Positions 1 through 9,537 of a stretch of DNA of 64,000 nucleotides are shown here, one piece after another. Source of the DNA: an uncultured delta proteobacterium (GTDB lineage Bacteria; Desulfobacterota; Desulfuromonadia; Geobacterales; Geobacteraceae); contig CAWFFO010000003.1 of assembly GCA_963815135.1 (NCBI GenBank), positions 59,346 through 123,345 on the forward strand, read 5' to 3'. The position numbers were made by a program, and so were the translations under genes. Every line of letters begins with the position of its first letter. The first letter of the stretch is position 1. The notes below the pieces were generated by a model. That model did not search any database. It worked only from the letters and a program-made list of their open reading frames with translations, and was not told where the DNA came from.

Positions 1-1762
1 TCCCAATTTCGGCTCCGGAAAGATAGCCGCTGATCCCGGTTGCGTGGCTGTGCCTGCGGCTCATTCCCCTCAGCATTTCATAACTTCCCTTGCGCACCTC
101 CGCAACACAGCCGTCGATTACATCCTGAGGCAGCAGAAATTTTTTCAGAACCCGTGACAGGATTTCCACGGAGGTTTCGAACTCTTCGGGAATCACCTCG
201 TTCACCCCGAGCCTGTACAACGGTTCCACTTCTGCGACATACCTGGTCCTGACGATTATATGCAGACTGTCACTCATCTTGCGCGCCAGATCCGCAATCC
301 GGCGAGCAGCAGCGGCATCGGAGATGGCCACCACAAGGATGCGCGCCTTGCGGATCTGCGCATGTTCCAGTATCTCCGGGCTCGAAGCATCGCCGAAAAT
401 GATTCGCTCTCCCCTCTTTCTTTCCGTTTCAACGGTAAAAGGGTTCGATTCGATGATCAGGTATGGAGTTTTCAGGTAATTGAGCGCCCTGGCGAGATTT
501 TTGCCGTTCACTCCGAACCCCGCAATGATCACATGATCTTCAGGCTTCTCTTCCTTGTCGTGATTGCCGAAGAGCGTTTTCCCCCTGTTCATGAAATCCG
601 GTGCAATGCCGACAACCGCGTCCGCCAGGCGGGGTGCGGACTTGAGAAGGAAAGGCGTTAAACCCATTGTTGCCACTGAAGCGGCGAGAAAAAGCTGGTA
701 TGTTTCCGATGTCAGAAATCCGTACTGCAACCCTGACCGGGAAAGGACAAAAGAAAACTCGCCTATCTGGGCAAGGGAAATCCCTGTTATGAGAGCTACC
801 CTCAGCGGGATTCCCAGGGAAAGGACAGCCGTGACATTCATCAGGGCTTTTACCGCGATAATTGACAGGACAAGGAATAAAACCGCCAGCGGGTTCGCGA
901 GTATAACGGCAGGGTTTACCAGCATACCGACCGAGATGAAGAAAAGACTCATAAACAGGTCGCGGAACGGCATGATGTCGCCCAGGGCCTGATGACTGTA
1001 CTCGGATTCGGATATCGCCAGTCCCGCTATGAAAGCCCCGAGTGCGAGGGAGAGGCCCACCAGCGCCGTGACCCAGGCGATTCCGAAGCTTATGAATATT
1101 ACCGTTAGCAGAAAAAGTTCGCGGCTTCTCGTTCTCACGACCTGTCCGAATATCCACGGGACCAGAAAACGTGCGCCATAATGCGCCACCACGACTACCG
1201 CCACGGTTTTCACAGAGACTTCCAGAACATCCTGCAGGCCGTTGCCGACTCCCGCCAGCAACGGAGTAAAAAGCATCATCGGCACAATACAGAGGTCCTG
1301 GAAAATCAGTATGCCGAGGGCTGTTTTGCCATGCGGAGCATCAATTTCTCCGGCGTCCATCAGCAGCTTCATCAGTATGGCGGTACTGGATAATGCACCC
1401 AGAAAACCGAAGAAAAGCGCCTGGTTGAAGGGTATTTGAAAAAGGGAACCGATCCCGGCTGTTGCCAGGACGGTAAGGACGATCTGCAGACCTCCGCCGA
1501 TAAAGACGGCATGTTTTATTCGTGCCAACTCCTTGAGAGAAAATTCTATCCCGATTGTAAAAAGGAGCAGCATTACCCCGAGTTCCGCCATCTGCTCGAC
1601 GTGATGAGTATCCCTGATCAGGCCAAGCACATGGGGACCGGCCATAATGCCGGTAACCAGGAAGCCGATGACTGCGGGCAGCATCAGACGGCGGAACAGG
1701 GTAACGGTAAATAGAGCCATGCCGAAGAGCTTAACTATGTCCGCTACGGATTGCAGATCCAT
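1..1762 (-). CDS. Monovalent cation:proton antiporter-2 (CPA2, Kef-type) with C-terminal RCK/TrkA-N domain; the 3' end runs off the window
   Basis: Absent from the ORF track because there is no stop in the window. Manual minus-strand translation from ATG 1762 gives MDLQSVADIVKLFGMALFTVTLFRRLMLPAVIGFLVTGIMAGPHVLGLI... This is a multi-TM Na/H-exchanger core followed by the Rossmann motif HVIIAGFGVNGKNLARAL. The short ORFs listed at 40-1714 are shadows of this gene. Confidence 0.85.
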   Translation of the reverse strand, partial: MDLQSVADIVKLFGMALFTVTLFRRLMLPAVIGFLVTGIMAGPHVLGLIRDTHHVEQMAELGVMLLLFTIGIEFSLKELARIKHAVFIGGGLQIVLTVLATAGIGSLFQIPFNQALFFGFLGALSSTAILMKLLMDAGEIDAPHGKTALGILIFQDLCIVPMMLFTPLLAGVGNGLQDVLEVSVKTVAVVVVAHYGARFLVPWIFGQVVRTRSRELFLLTVIFISFGIAWVTALVGLSLALGAFIAGLAISESEYSHQALGDIMPFRDLFMSLFFISVGMLVNPAVILANPLAVLFLVLSIIAVKALMNVTAVLSLGIPLRVALITGISLAQIGEFSFVLSRSGLQYGFLTSETYQLFLAASVATMGLTPFLLKSAPRLADAVVGIAPDFMNRGKTLFGNHDKEEKPEDHVIIAGFGVNGKNLARALNYLKTPYLIIESNPFTVETERKRGERIIFGDASSPEILEHAQIRKARILVVAISDAAAARRIADLARKMSDSLHIIVRTRYVAEVEPLYRLGVNEVIPEEFETSVEILSRVLKKFLLPQDVIDGCVAEVRKGSYEMLRGMSRRHSHATGISGYLSGAEIG

Positions 1763-2027
1763 CAGTTCGCTCCGATAATGAGAGTATAAAAATAGTTAAA
1801 GTTATCACCTCTATGAATTATAATGTTCCCAGAAGAATGCTTATTGTCAACAATTGCCGACGGCCATCCGGTATGCACGGAATACAGCGAGAAAAAGATT
1901 GACAGGATAATCCCGATGCTGCTAGTTTGTATTTTAAATAGTTAAAACCTGTTGATATTCAAGGAAAATCACCTGAATGAAGGTTTCGGAAAAGCAGCAG
2001 GCTGAAAAATTGTAAAACAGGATTTTC

Positions 2028-2116
2028 GCTGGGGGAGTTTAGGCTGAGAGTCTGTTCCGGATGGAACGGACGACCCTTTGAACCTGATCCGGATAATGCC
2101 GGCGGAGGGAAGCGTT
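2028..2116 (+). promoter_or_regulatory. TPP (THI-box) riboswitch upstream of thiS
   Basis: Conserved THI-box strings are present: CTGAGA at 2044-2049 and ACCCTTTGAACCTGATCCGGATAATGCCGGCGGAGGGAA at 2073-2111. It lies directly upstream of thiSGE. Confidence 0.9.
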
Positions 2117-2140
2117 CTTTAGAGTATTTCCATTACCTTG

Positions 2141-2164
2141 AGGCCGCTTCGCGGCCTTTTTTAT
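2141..2164 (+). terminator. Intrinsic terminator, the likely expression platform of the TPP riboswitch
   Basis: Stem AGGCCGC / GCGGCCT with a TTC loop at 2141-2157, followed by a T-run at 2157-2163. It sits about 40 nt before the thiS start. Confidence 0.6.
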
Positions 2165-2205
2165 TGCTCTTGCTTCACTCAATTGCCTGCCAAAAAGGAC
2201 ATAAC

Positions 2206-2403
2206 ATGGAAATTACAGTAAATGGAGAAAAAAAATCCGTCAACCCGATGTCGGTGCTGGAGTTTCTGCAATCGCTTGAAATCGACTCCCGTCGGGTTGC
2301 CGTGGAATACAATAGGGAAATTTTACCGAAAGCCTCTTATGAAACAACTGTTCTGCAGGATGGAGATCAACTGGAAATCGTCCATTTCGTCGGTGGCGGT
2401 TAG
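2206..2403 (+). CDS. thiS: Sulfur carrier protein ThiS
   Basis: 65 aa, MEITVNGEKK...IVHFVGGG, with a C-terminal GG. It sits downstream of the TPP riboswitch and upstream of thiG. The internal ATG at 2206 is preferred over the ORF-track start at 2164. Confidence 0.9.
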   Translation: MEITVNGEKKSVNPMSVLEFLQSLEIDSRRVAVEYNREILPKASYETTVLQDGDQLEIVHFVGGG

Positions 2404-2517
2404 TAAAAATAATAAGGCGCAATGCTGATAACATAAAACAAAAGACAAAGAATCCGGAAAAAAAGACAACCCGGATATGCGTAAAGACCGATACGGGTGC
2501 GCGAAAGGAGAAGCATT

Positions 2518-3300
2518 ATGTCTGACAAGGCGGATAAACTCGTAATTGCCGGCAGGGAATTCAGTTCCAGGTTGATGATCGGCACAGGGAAATATGCCAG
2601 TTTCCAGCAGATGGCCCAGGCCATTGAGATATCCGGGGCGGAGATAGTCACGGTTGCGGTGCGCAGGGTCAACATTTCAGACCGGAACAAGGAGTCTCTT
2701 CTCGACTATATAGATACGGGAAAATACACCCTGCTCCCGAATACCGCCGGGTGCTACACCGCGGACGACGCCGTACGCACCTGCCGCCTGGCACGGGAGG
2801 CGGGCCTTTCGGATTTCGTCAAACTGGAAGTCCTCGGCAACGAAAAGACTTTGTTCCCCGACAACGAAGAACTGCTCAAGGCGGCAGCGGTTCTGGTCAG
2901 AGAAGGCTTTACCGTGCTCCCCTATACCAGCGACGACCCGATCCTCTGCAAGAAACTGGAAGATATAGGGTGCGCGGCTGTCATGCCACTCGGGGCGCCC
3001 ATCGGCAGCGGTCTCGGGATCCGGAACCCGTACAATATCCGCATCATAATGGAAACAGTCAAGGTGCCGGTAATTGTCGATGCCGGTGTCGGCACCGCTT
3101 CCGACGCGGCTATCGCCATGGAACTCGGATGTGACGGAGTACTCATGAACACCGGCATCGCCGGAGCCAGAGACCCGATTGCCATGGCAGAAGCCATGAA
3201 GCTGGCGGTCATTGCCGGCCGCCTGGCATTCAGGGCCGGACGCATTCCGAAAAAACTCTATGCTTCCGCGTCAAGTCCGATCGAGGGAATAATCGAGTAA
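2518..3300 (+). CDS. thiG: Thiazole synthase ThiG
   Basis: [26 protein letters not shown]...[14 protein letters not shown]...[11 protein letters not shown] is typical of ThiG. The length is 260 aa from ATG 2518. Confidence 0.95.
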   Translation: MSDKADKLVIAGREFSSRLMIGTGKYASFQQMAQAIEISGAEIVTVAVRRVNISDRNKESLLDYIDTGKYTLLPNTAGCYTADDAVRTCRLAREAGLSDFVKLEVLGNEKTLFPDNEELLKAAAVLVREGFTVLPYTSDDPILCKKLEDIGCAAVMPLGAPIGSGLGIRNPYNIRIIMETVKVPVIVDAGVGTASDAAIAMELGCDGVLMNTGIAGARDPIAMAEAMKLAVIAGRLAFRAGRIPKKLYASASSPIEGIIE

Positions 3301-3304
3301 AGGG

Positions 3305-3937
3305 ATGATTGATTTCTTTCTCTATCTCATCACAGACAGGAAACAGGTCCGCCGCTCAAGCCTTGCAGAAGTAATCGAGGCGGCTTTAAAAAGCGGGATT
3401 AAAGCGGTACAGCTGCGGGAAAAGGATCTTTCAGGCCGTGACCTGTACGAAACCGCCAGGGAGATAAGGAACCTGACGGCTCTTTACGGCGCCAAACTAT
3501 TCATCAATGACAGAACGGATATCGCTCTCGCGGTGGACGCAGACGGTGTTCATCTTGGCGGCGGGAGCATTCCGGTTTGCGCGGCAAGGCGCATTCTGGG
3601 CGGGAAAAAGCTGATCGGGGTCTCCTGCCACAACCTTACGGATGCTCTGTCAGCTGAAGAAAACGGAGCGGATTTTATTACGTTCGGCCCGGTTTATTAC
3701 ACTCCCTCCAAGGCACCTTACGGGGATCCGGTCGGCATAGCATCGCTGAAAGAAGCAGCCGGTCTCCTCACCATCCCGGTCTTTGCACTCGGAGGGATAA
3801 AGAAAGAAAACATACCCGAGGTCATTACTTCGGGAGCGCACGGTATAGCTCTGATTTCGGCCATCATCGCAGCCGAAGAACCGGGCAGAGAAGCAAGAGA
3901 GCTCTTATCTTTCTTCTCTTTCCGCGAAACAGTTTAA
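3305..3937 (+). CDS. thiE: Thiamine-phosphate synthase ThiE
   Basis: 210 aa with LYLITDR...VQLREKD...INDR.DIALAVDADGVHLG...GVSCH...FGPV, the TMP-TENI family pattern. Confidence 0.9.
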   Translation: MIDFFLYLITDRKQVRRSSLAEVIEAALKSGIKAVQLREKDLSGRDLYETAREIRNLTALYGAKLFINDRTDIALAVDADGVHLGGGSIPVCAARRILGGKKLIGVSCHNLTDALSAEENGADFITFGPVYYTPSKAPYGDPVGIASLKEAAGLLTIPVFALGGIKKENIPEVITSGAHGIALISAIIAAEEPGREARELLSFFSFRETV

Positions 3938-3939
3938 TC

Positions 3940-4935
3940 ATGTATGACGATTTTATTCACAAAGATCTGCGCATCAATTCCTATGGTTCATACCTGCGCC
4001 GTCGCTTTCGCTGCCGGGTCAGCAAGGTGAACGTGGATGGAGGCTTCACCTGCCCGAACCGTGACGGAGTCAAGGGTGACGGCGGGTGCGTCTACTGCGA
4101 CAACACATCTTTTTCCCCACGGGGGACCATCGAGGAAATCCCGCTCAGAAAGCAGATGGAAGACGGGATGGCCTATCATCGCAAGCGGCTCGGAAGCGAA
4201 AAATTCATCATCTATTTCCAGAAATACACCAACACCTATGGGCCGCTTGAAAAGATAACCGGCCTGTATCGGCTTGTACTCGACCACCCCGATGTCCTGG
4301 GCATATCCGTCGGCACCAGGCCCGATTGCCTGTCGGACGAAATATTAGCCCTGCTGGAGGAAATTGCGCAAACACATTATGTCTGTCTGGAACTGGGGCT
4401 GCAGTCCATGGATGACGACATCCTGCGCCGCATCAACCGCGGCCACAGCCTCGACGATTACCTCAGGGCCGTGGAGAAAACCGCGGGAAGGGGAATAGAG
4501 CTCTGCACTCACCTGATCTACGGCTTTCCCGGCGAGACCGCGGAGGGATTCCTCAGGACCGCGGACCTGGTCGCGTCACTTCCCGTCAATTCACTGAAGA
4601 TCCATCAGCTCCATGCGGTCGAGGGAACGAGGCTTGCAGAGATGTACCGGAGCGGTGAATTCATCCCCCTCAGCCACAGTGCATATGTCTCTACCGTCTG
4701 CGATTTTCTCGAACTTTTACCCCGGCGCATCGCCATCCAGCGTCTCTACGGCTCCGCTCCGCTCGCCATAAGGGTAGCGCCCACCTGGGACCTTAAAAAC
4801 AACCAGATGTGGTACTCGATAGTTAACGAACTGAAAAGGCGGGGAACCCGGCAGGGCTTTCGATTGGCGGGAAAAACATCGATGGCGCCGGGCAGTTCCC
4901 CGGCGCCGCGGTCATTGAAAAGAAACCATAAATAA
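3940..4935 (+). CDS. TIGR01212-type (YhcC-like) radical SAM protein
   Basis: VNVDGGFTCPNRDGVKGDGGCVYCDN matches the atypical Cys spacing and overall pattern of E. coli YhcC. It starts 2 nt after the thiE stop. Confidence 0.8.
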   Translation: MYDDFIHKDLRINSYGSYLRRRFRCRVSKVNVDGGFTCPNRDGVKGDGGCVYCDNTSFSPRGTIEEIPLRKQMEDGMAYHRKRLGSEKFIIYFQKYTNTYGPLEKITGLYRLVLDHPDVLGISVGTRPDCLSDEILALLEEIAQTHYVCLELGLQSMDDDILRRINRGHSLDDYLRAVEKTAGRGIELCTHLIYGFPGETAEGFLRTADLVASLPVNSLKIHQLHAVEGTRLAEMYRSGEFIPLSHSAYVSTVCDFLELLPRRIAIQRLYGSAPLAIRVAPTWDLKNNQMWYSIVNELKRRGTRQGFRLAGKTSMAPGSSPAPRSLKRNHK

Positions 4936-4945
4936 CCATTCCTTA

Positions 4946-6106
4946 TCAGAACGGACCGAGCCATATCCTGAAAATCCTGTAAGGAGGCACCCGTTTGTCT
5001 TTCCCGCTATTGAAACGGGGCATGCCGTCAATCTGCGATGACGTCACATAAAGGTTGCCCTCGGGGCCAATGCTCATACTGTCAGGCCACCGGAGCAGCT
5101 TGTTGCCTACCAAAAGCTCCTGCGAACCGTCATAAACACGGTAACGCTTTACCGAACTGTCTTCCAGGGAAGTAAAATAGAGGTTGAAATCCTGATCCAT
5201 CACCATGCCGTCAACAGGACCAGTGTCCGCAAGCTTTTCCACATGACTTGACACCTCACCCGGCAAAAGGGCGGCATCTTTCAGATAAGCGGTATTTATT
5301 CGATACAAAGTCCTGCCGGTAAGCGCGTGGTAGTAGAGAAATTTTCTGTCCGGATCCAGTGCGATACCGTCCACATTAATCAGCGGGGTCTTTCCGTTTT
5401 CATCAAGCAAATCCCGGCCGTTTATTGCCAGTTTCACATCCGGCTCGGCTTTCGTTGACGGATCATCGGCAAGAAGTCTCCTGCTCAGTCCGGTCTGCAG
5501 ATCGACCACGACTATTGCCCCGGTCCCCGAATCGCTGATATAGGCAAAATCATCCATCGTGTCGATCCGTACATCGTTGAGATAACTCGCCGGCGGAGCG
5601 ACCGTATCGTCAAAATGGAAAACCTGCTCCACCTTGCCGGTTTCAGGGTCGACCTTGACAAGTTTCGCGCCTCCCTTCACGACTCCCCTGAAACCAGGAG
5701 AGGCAGGATCGAGAATCCAGAGATAGTCGTCGTCATCCACATAGACGCTCTGCACGCAGACAAAATGATTGCCCGCGGCAATAACTTTTCCATTCCAGCG
5801 GTTCCATTCGCTGTCGGGATATGGCCGCAGCGAGCCGTCGGGCATCAATTCAGCCACCGAGTATTGCGGGATGCCCACCCAGCGGGGGAAATTGACAAAT
5901 ACCCTCCCTTTAGAGGAAACGGTTATTCCGGTTACCTGATCGGCCAGCTCGGCAAACTCAAAGAGCCCGCTGCCGAGTGGACGAGGGATCATCGGGTAGG
6001 TGACCGGGCGGACCCGGCAACCCGCCATAAACATGCAAATGACCAACATCAACAGGAATGCCGAATTCAGCCTGCTGCCGGATATTTCCATTTCTCCCTC
6101 CCGCAA
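4946..6106 (-). CDS. Secreted or lipoprotein beta-propeller, major royal jelly/Yellow-family-like
   Basis: Signal/lipobox LLMLVICMFMAGC. Repeated propeller-type motifs: YLWILDPASPG, NDVRID, AYISDSGTGAIVVVDL, DGIALDPDRKFLYYHAL, LYFTS. The family assignment is by recollection of MRJP/Yellow motifs. A possible start is the internal Met at 6091. Confidence 0.55.
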   Translation of the reverse strand: MREGEMEISGSRLNSAFLLMLVICMFMAGCRVRPVTYPMIPRPLGSGLFEFAELADQVTGITVSSKGRVFVNFPRWVGIPQYSVAELMPDGSLRPYPDSEWNRWNGKVIAAGNHFVCVQSVYVDDDDYLWILDPASPGFRGVVKGGAKLVKVDPETGKVEQVFHFDDTVAPPASYLNDVRIDTMDDFAYISDSGTGAIVVVDLQTGLSRRLLADDPSTKAEPDVKLAINGRDLLDENGKTPLINVDGIALDPDRKFLYYHALTGRTLYRINTAYLKDAALLPGEVSSHVEKLADTGPVDGMVMDQDFNLYFTSLEDSSVKRYRVYDGSQELLVGNKLLRWPDSMSIGPEGNLYVTSSQIDGMPRFNSGKDKRVPPYRIFRIWLGPF

Positions 6107-6277
6107 ACTTTATTGTCGCTAACTTAAGCCGCAACTCCGGTAACAATGTGACGCTTTAGCGCTGGCGAAAAACCAGGATCAAGAAACACTTAACTTCCTT
6201 TGATTCCGGTTTAGCCGGTATGAAGTATTCAGTTTAAGGCCCTCTTTTGTCTTGTATTGGCGCAAACACCCGACCAT

Positions 6278-6763
6278 CTACAGATCATTGAGATTGCTGA
6301 ACTCGCCCCACGCCAGGTATGTCTTGGGCGATTCCACGAAATCGAAGATATTTTCCATTATGTTCAGGTGCCGCCTTTCTTCTTCGGCAATCCGACGCAG
6401 CAGATTAGCTACATGTCCATTTTTCTCCTTCTCCGCCAGGTCCTCATAAAGCCGGATAAAGTCCTCTTCAGCCTTTATCGAGTATCTGTAACCATCGGGG
6501 TCCTTGCGAAGGATTTCCAGGGGGTCTTTTCTTTCCATGAGCTTACGGAAAGCGTTTCTCGCCTTCTCCAGGGCTATGGAATCGGCGGCGGAAGGGTTTT
6601 CGCCTTTTTTCATGGCCTCGAATATATCGCGGTGCTTCCGCTCCTCCTCGGCAAGCAGGTTGAAAATAGTTTTTAATTCCGGTTCGTTGGCTTCCTCTGC
6701 CAGTTTCCCGTATAATTTCATACCGTCCTCTTCCATACGTATCGCAAAGTCAAAGACATTCAT
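6278..6763 (-). CDS. Rubrerythrin/ferritin-like di-iron four-helix protein, with no rubredoxin domain
   Basis: Two E-x-x-H motifs, LLAEEERKHRDIF and RIAEEERRHLNIM. The N-terminus MNVFDFAIRMEEDGMKLY is typical of the rubrerythrin family. Confidence 0.75.
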   Translation of the reverse strand: MNVFDFAIRMEEDGMKLYGKLAEEANEPELKTIFNLLAEEERKHRDIFEAMKKGENPSAADSIALEKARNAFRKLMERKDPLEILRKDPDGYRYSIKAEEDFIRLYEDLAEKEKNGHVANLLRRIAEEERRHLNIMENIFDFVESPKTYLAWGEFSNLNDL

Positions 6764-7147
6764 AAATACCTCCGTCGGTTTTGAAAAGTTGCTTCCTTTG
6801 CTGATAACAGTATATCAAAAATACCGGCATAATTCCGGCGCGATTGAACGGGAGTGAGACTGGAAAAAGATAAGAAAATATACATGCGGTGTAAAACTAC
6901 ACCAGGGTCGTGGAACGTATGAAGAAGTCAGACATAAGGGATCATTTCAAATTCCCGGACCTGACTTGTGGCAGAACGATTGGCATGCGGATGAGATTTG
7001 CGACAACGATGTGATCCGCAGTTTGTTCGTCTCCGTCCGGATATGCGTATAATCACCTTCACCTGTGAGGCAGGCGGGTTTGCAGCTTAACCGGATCAAA
7101 CAGAACGGCTTTCAATCAAGTTGTCAATTAAAGGGGAATCCGGCAAG

Positions 7148-8872
7148 TTATGCCATTGCAAGCGGCGGCTTTTCTTCCGGATCGATATGTATATCAATCA
7201 AAGTCGGGCCCTGCCTGTTGGCCAGCAATTGCCAGTCTATCCGGTCAAGATCCTGCGCATTACGTACAGTAAAAGCCTCCGCGCCCGCTGACCTTGCCAT
7301 CATGGCAAAATCCACTGTCGGAATGGCAAAATCCACCTTTTCCCTTCCCAGCAACCGGTGTCCGTGTCGTATCAGGCCGTAAGCCCGGTCGTTCATCACG
7401 ACGAAAAGGACCGGCAGTTGTCTCTCCACAGCCACGGTAATCTCCTGTCCGCTCATCAGGTAGCATCCATCACCTGTGATGCAGACCGATGGCGACCGCC
7501 GGTTCGCAAATGCCGCACCGACAGCTGCGCCGACCGCCCAGGCCATGGTCGCGAACTCGATGGACAGGTGATAGCTCTCCGGACGGGGGTGGAAAAAATA
7601 GTGGATGGTCCAGGGAACACTGTTGCTGTTATCAATGAAGAACCGGCTTTCACGAGGGAGGTGACGAATCAGTTCCGCATAGACCCGGGGAGCTTTAAGC
7701 ATGCTGTCTGGGACGCCAGGCTGACAGCATGCCGGATTCAGAACCTCAATCCCTGTTGGAATATAACCCGCAGCGGCCGCTGCATCGGAATCACAGGACC
7801 AGCGGTTTAATAACCCCGGTTGTTCCGATTTTTGCAGCTCTTCTAGGCGTGCATTGAGTCGGGCAAATACCGCGTCTATTGATCCGGCCACATGCAGCCG
7901 GGCCATGGGCGAGCGGGTAAAACAAGACCGGTCATTGTGGATATGAACCATTTTGCTGTTCATCAGCACCGGGTCCCACCTGCTTGTGGACCATTCACCC
8001 AGGTTGGTGCCAGCCGCCAGGATCAGCTCAACCGCTCTGTCCTCCAGCGCCCGTCGCGCCGAGGCATGTCCTGCACAGCCGAACACGCCCCGCACCAGCG
8101 GATGATAGGGATTAACGACCGATTTGCCGCGAGGAGTTGTGATTATTTCCGCTCCCGTAAGCTCCGCGAAGCGGATGATTTCCCCTGCGGCGCCGGTGCA
8201 ATTGTGGCCAACAAGCAAAACAATTTTCCCTTTTCGTTCCAGGACGGAGGAAATTTCTGCATCCAAACGCTCCACTGCCGCAATGTCCACCAAGGATTCT
8301 CCTGCACTCAAAAGAGGATACAACCCGGCAAAAGATGCCGGAGCACTTGACTCGGCTGCGAAAACATCGATGGGAATGCTCAGGTGAGCCGGTCCCCGTG
8401 GAGTGCCCAATGCGGTGGTGAGGGCTGCAGCCAGCTTCTTTTCCAGCTGGTTGGGGTGTGTAACCATGGAGTTGTAGCGTGTACAGTGTTCAAACATGCC
8501 CATGATATCAACACCGTCCCTTGAAGAGTCCTGAAAGCAGCCGAAACTTAAATCCGGAATCCTGGTCTGGGATGTAATAACAAGCATGGGAATCTGCTCG
8601 GCATAGGCAGAGGCAACACCGGTAATAAGGTTGGTGGCACCAGGACCGGTTGTCGAGCAGCAGACTCCGATTCTGCCGCTTTCGCGCGCATAGCCGTCGG
8701 CGATAAAAGCCGCTCCGGATTCATGCCGGGTCAGAACCGCACGGGGTCCGCCGCACCTTTCGCTTCGCGCCAGAGCATCAAATAGCGGACCGAGCGGGCT
8801 TCCGGGAACGCCGAAAACATATTCCACACCAAATTGCTCGAGATAATCGACGATCAGATCGCTCACAGTCAA
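7148..8872 (-). CDS. Thiamine-diphosphate-dependent enzyme, acetolactate-synthase large-subunit-like
   Basis: VSDLIVDYLEQFGVEYVFGVPG...CCSTTGPGATNLITGVASAY...ITGDGCYLMSGQE (TPP-binding GDG). The preferred start is TTG 8872, preceded by AGGAGG at 6 nt and overlapping the upstream stop as TTGA. The ORF-track start at 8989 would overlap the aldolase gene by 120 nt. Confidence 0.85.
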   Translation of the reverse strand: MTVSDLIVDYLEQFGVEYVFGVPGSPLGPLFDALARSERCGGPRAVLTRHESGAAFIADGYARESGRIGVCCSTTGPGATNLITGVASAYAEQIPMLVITSQTRIPDLSFGCFQDSSRDGVDIMGMFEHCTRYNSMVTHPNQLEKKLAAALTTALGTPRGPAHLSIPIDVFAAESSAPASFAGLYPLLSAGESLVDIAAVERLDAEISSVLERKGKIVLLVGHNCTGAAGEIIRFAELTGAEIITTPRGKSVVNPYHPLVRGVFGCAGHASARRALEDRAVELILAAGTNLGEWSTSRWDPVLMNSKMVHIHNDRSCFTRSPMARLHVAGSIDAVFARLNARLEELQKSEQPGLLNRWSCDSDAAAAAGYIPTGIEVLNPACCQPGVPDSMLKAPRVYAELIRHLPRESRFFIDNSNSVPWTIHYFFHPRPESYHLSIEFATMAWAVGAAVGAAFANRRSPSVCITGDGCYLMSGQEITVAVERQLPVLFVVMNDRAYGLIRHGHRLLGREKVDFAIPTVDFAMMARSAGAEAFTVRNAQDLDRIDWQLLANRQGPTLIDIHIDPEEKPPLAMA

Positions 8873-9537
8873 AACAAACCTCCTTTTTCCACCATCTCCC
8901 CAGCCGCGGCTTCGAAGGCTATTGCAGCCTCGACCGAGAGCGGTTCGCAGAATAGCATGTCCGCCACGGGGGGCGAGAGAGTAATGCAACCGATTCCATT
9001 TCGGGCCAGTATCGCCAGATCATCTGTAGTTCGAACGCTCGCGGCCAGAATTTCAGTGCTGCCATCAGTATTACGCAATGCCTCAGACATCCGGGCAATC
9101 AGCGAATGACCGTCCAGGCCCGCATCGTTCATCCGCCCCAGGTACGGAGCCACATATGCCGCACCAACCGAAGCTCCAAGGAGGACCTGGAAAGGGGCAT
9201 ACACCGCGGTTATACAGATCCTGATGCCTTCGTCAACCAATCCGGATGCAGCTTCCAGACCTTCCCTTGTGACCGGCAGTTTGACCACGACATTTTCACT
9301 GATGCGCGCCAACTTTTGTGCGTTTCGACGGAGAATCATGGCTTCATTCCCCCAGCTTTGCAAATAAACTTCCCGCGCGCCCAATTCTATAATCTGTTCG
9401 ACAAAATCGCCCAGACAGTCCGGTGTCAGTCCGGAATTTCGCAATAAAAGCGGATTTGTGGTCACACCGTAAAACACTCCGGTTTTCATAAGGGATTCAA
9501 TTGCGAAAATATCTGCAGAATCTATATACAATTTCAT
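8869..9537 (-). CDS. Transaldolase-family protein, fructose-6-phosphate aldolase/TalC-like
   Basis: MKLYIDSADIFAIESLMKTGVFYGVTTNPLLL...VVVKLPVT...ITAVY. The 222-aa size class is typical of Fsa/TalC. Confidence 0.85.
   Translation of the reverse strand: MKLYIDSADIFAIESLMKTGVFYGVTTNPLLLRNSGLTPDCLGDFVEQIIELGAREVYLQSWGNEAMILRRNAQKLARISENVVVKLPVTREGLEAASGLVDEGIRICITAVYAPFQVLLGASVGAAYVAPYLGRMNDAGLDGHSLIARMSEALRNTDGSTEILAASVRTTDDLAILARNGIGCITLSPPVADMLFCEPLSVEAAIAFEAAAGEMVEKGGLF

Noticed and set aside
40-1714. About eight short ORFs on both strands listed in the track at the left end of the window.
   Set aside because: Their translations are low-complexity or Arg/Pro-rich. One continuous minus-strand frame (1-1762) gives a clean Kef-type antiporter with an RCK domain. 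The ORF finder missed it only because its stop lies outside the window.
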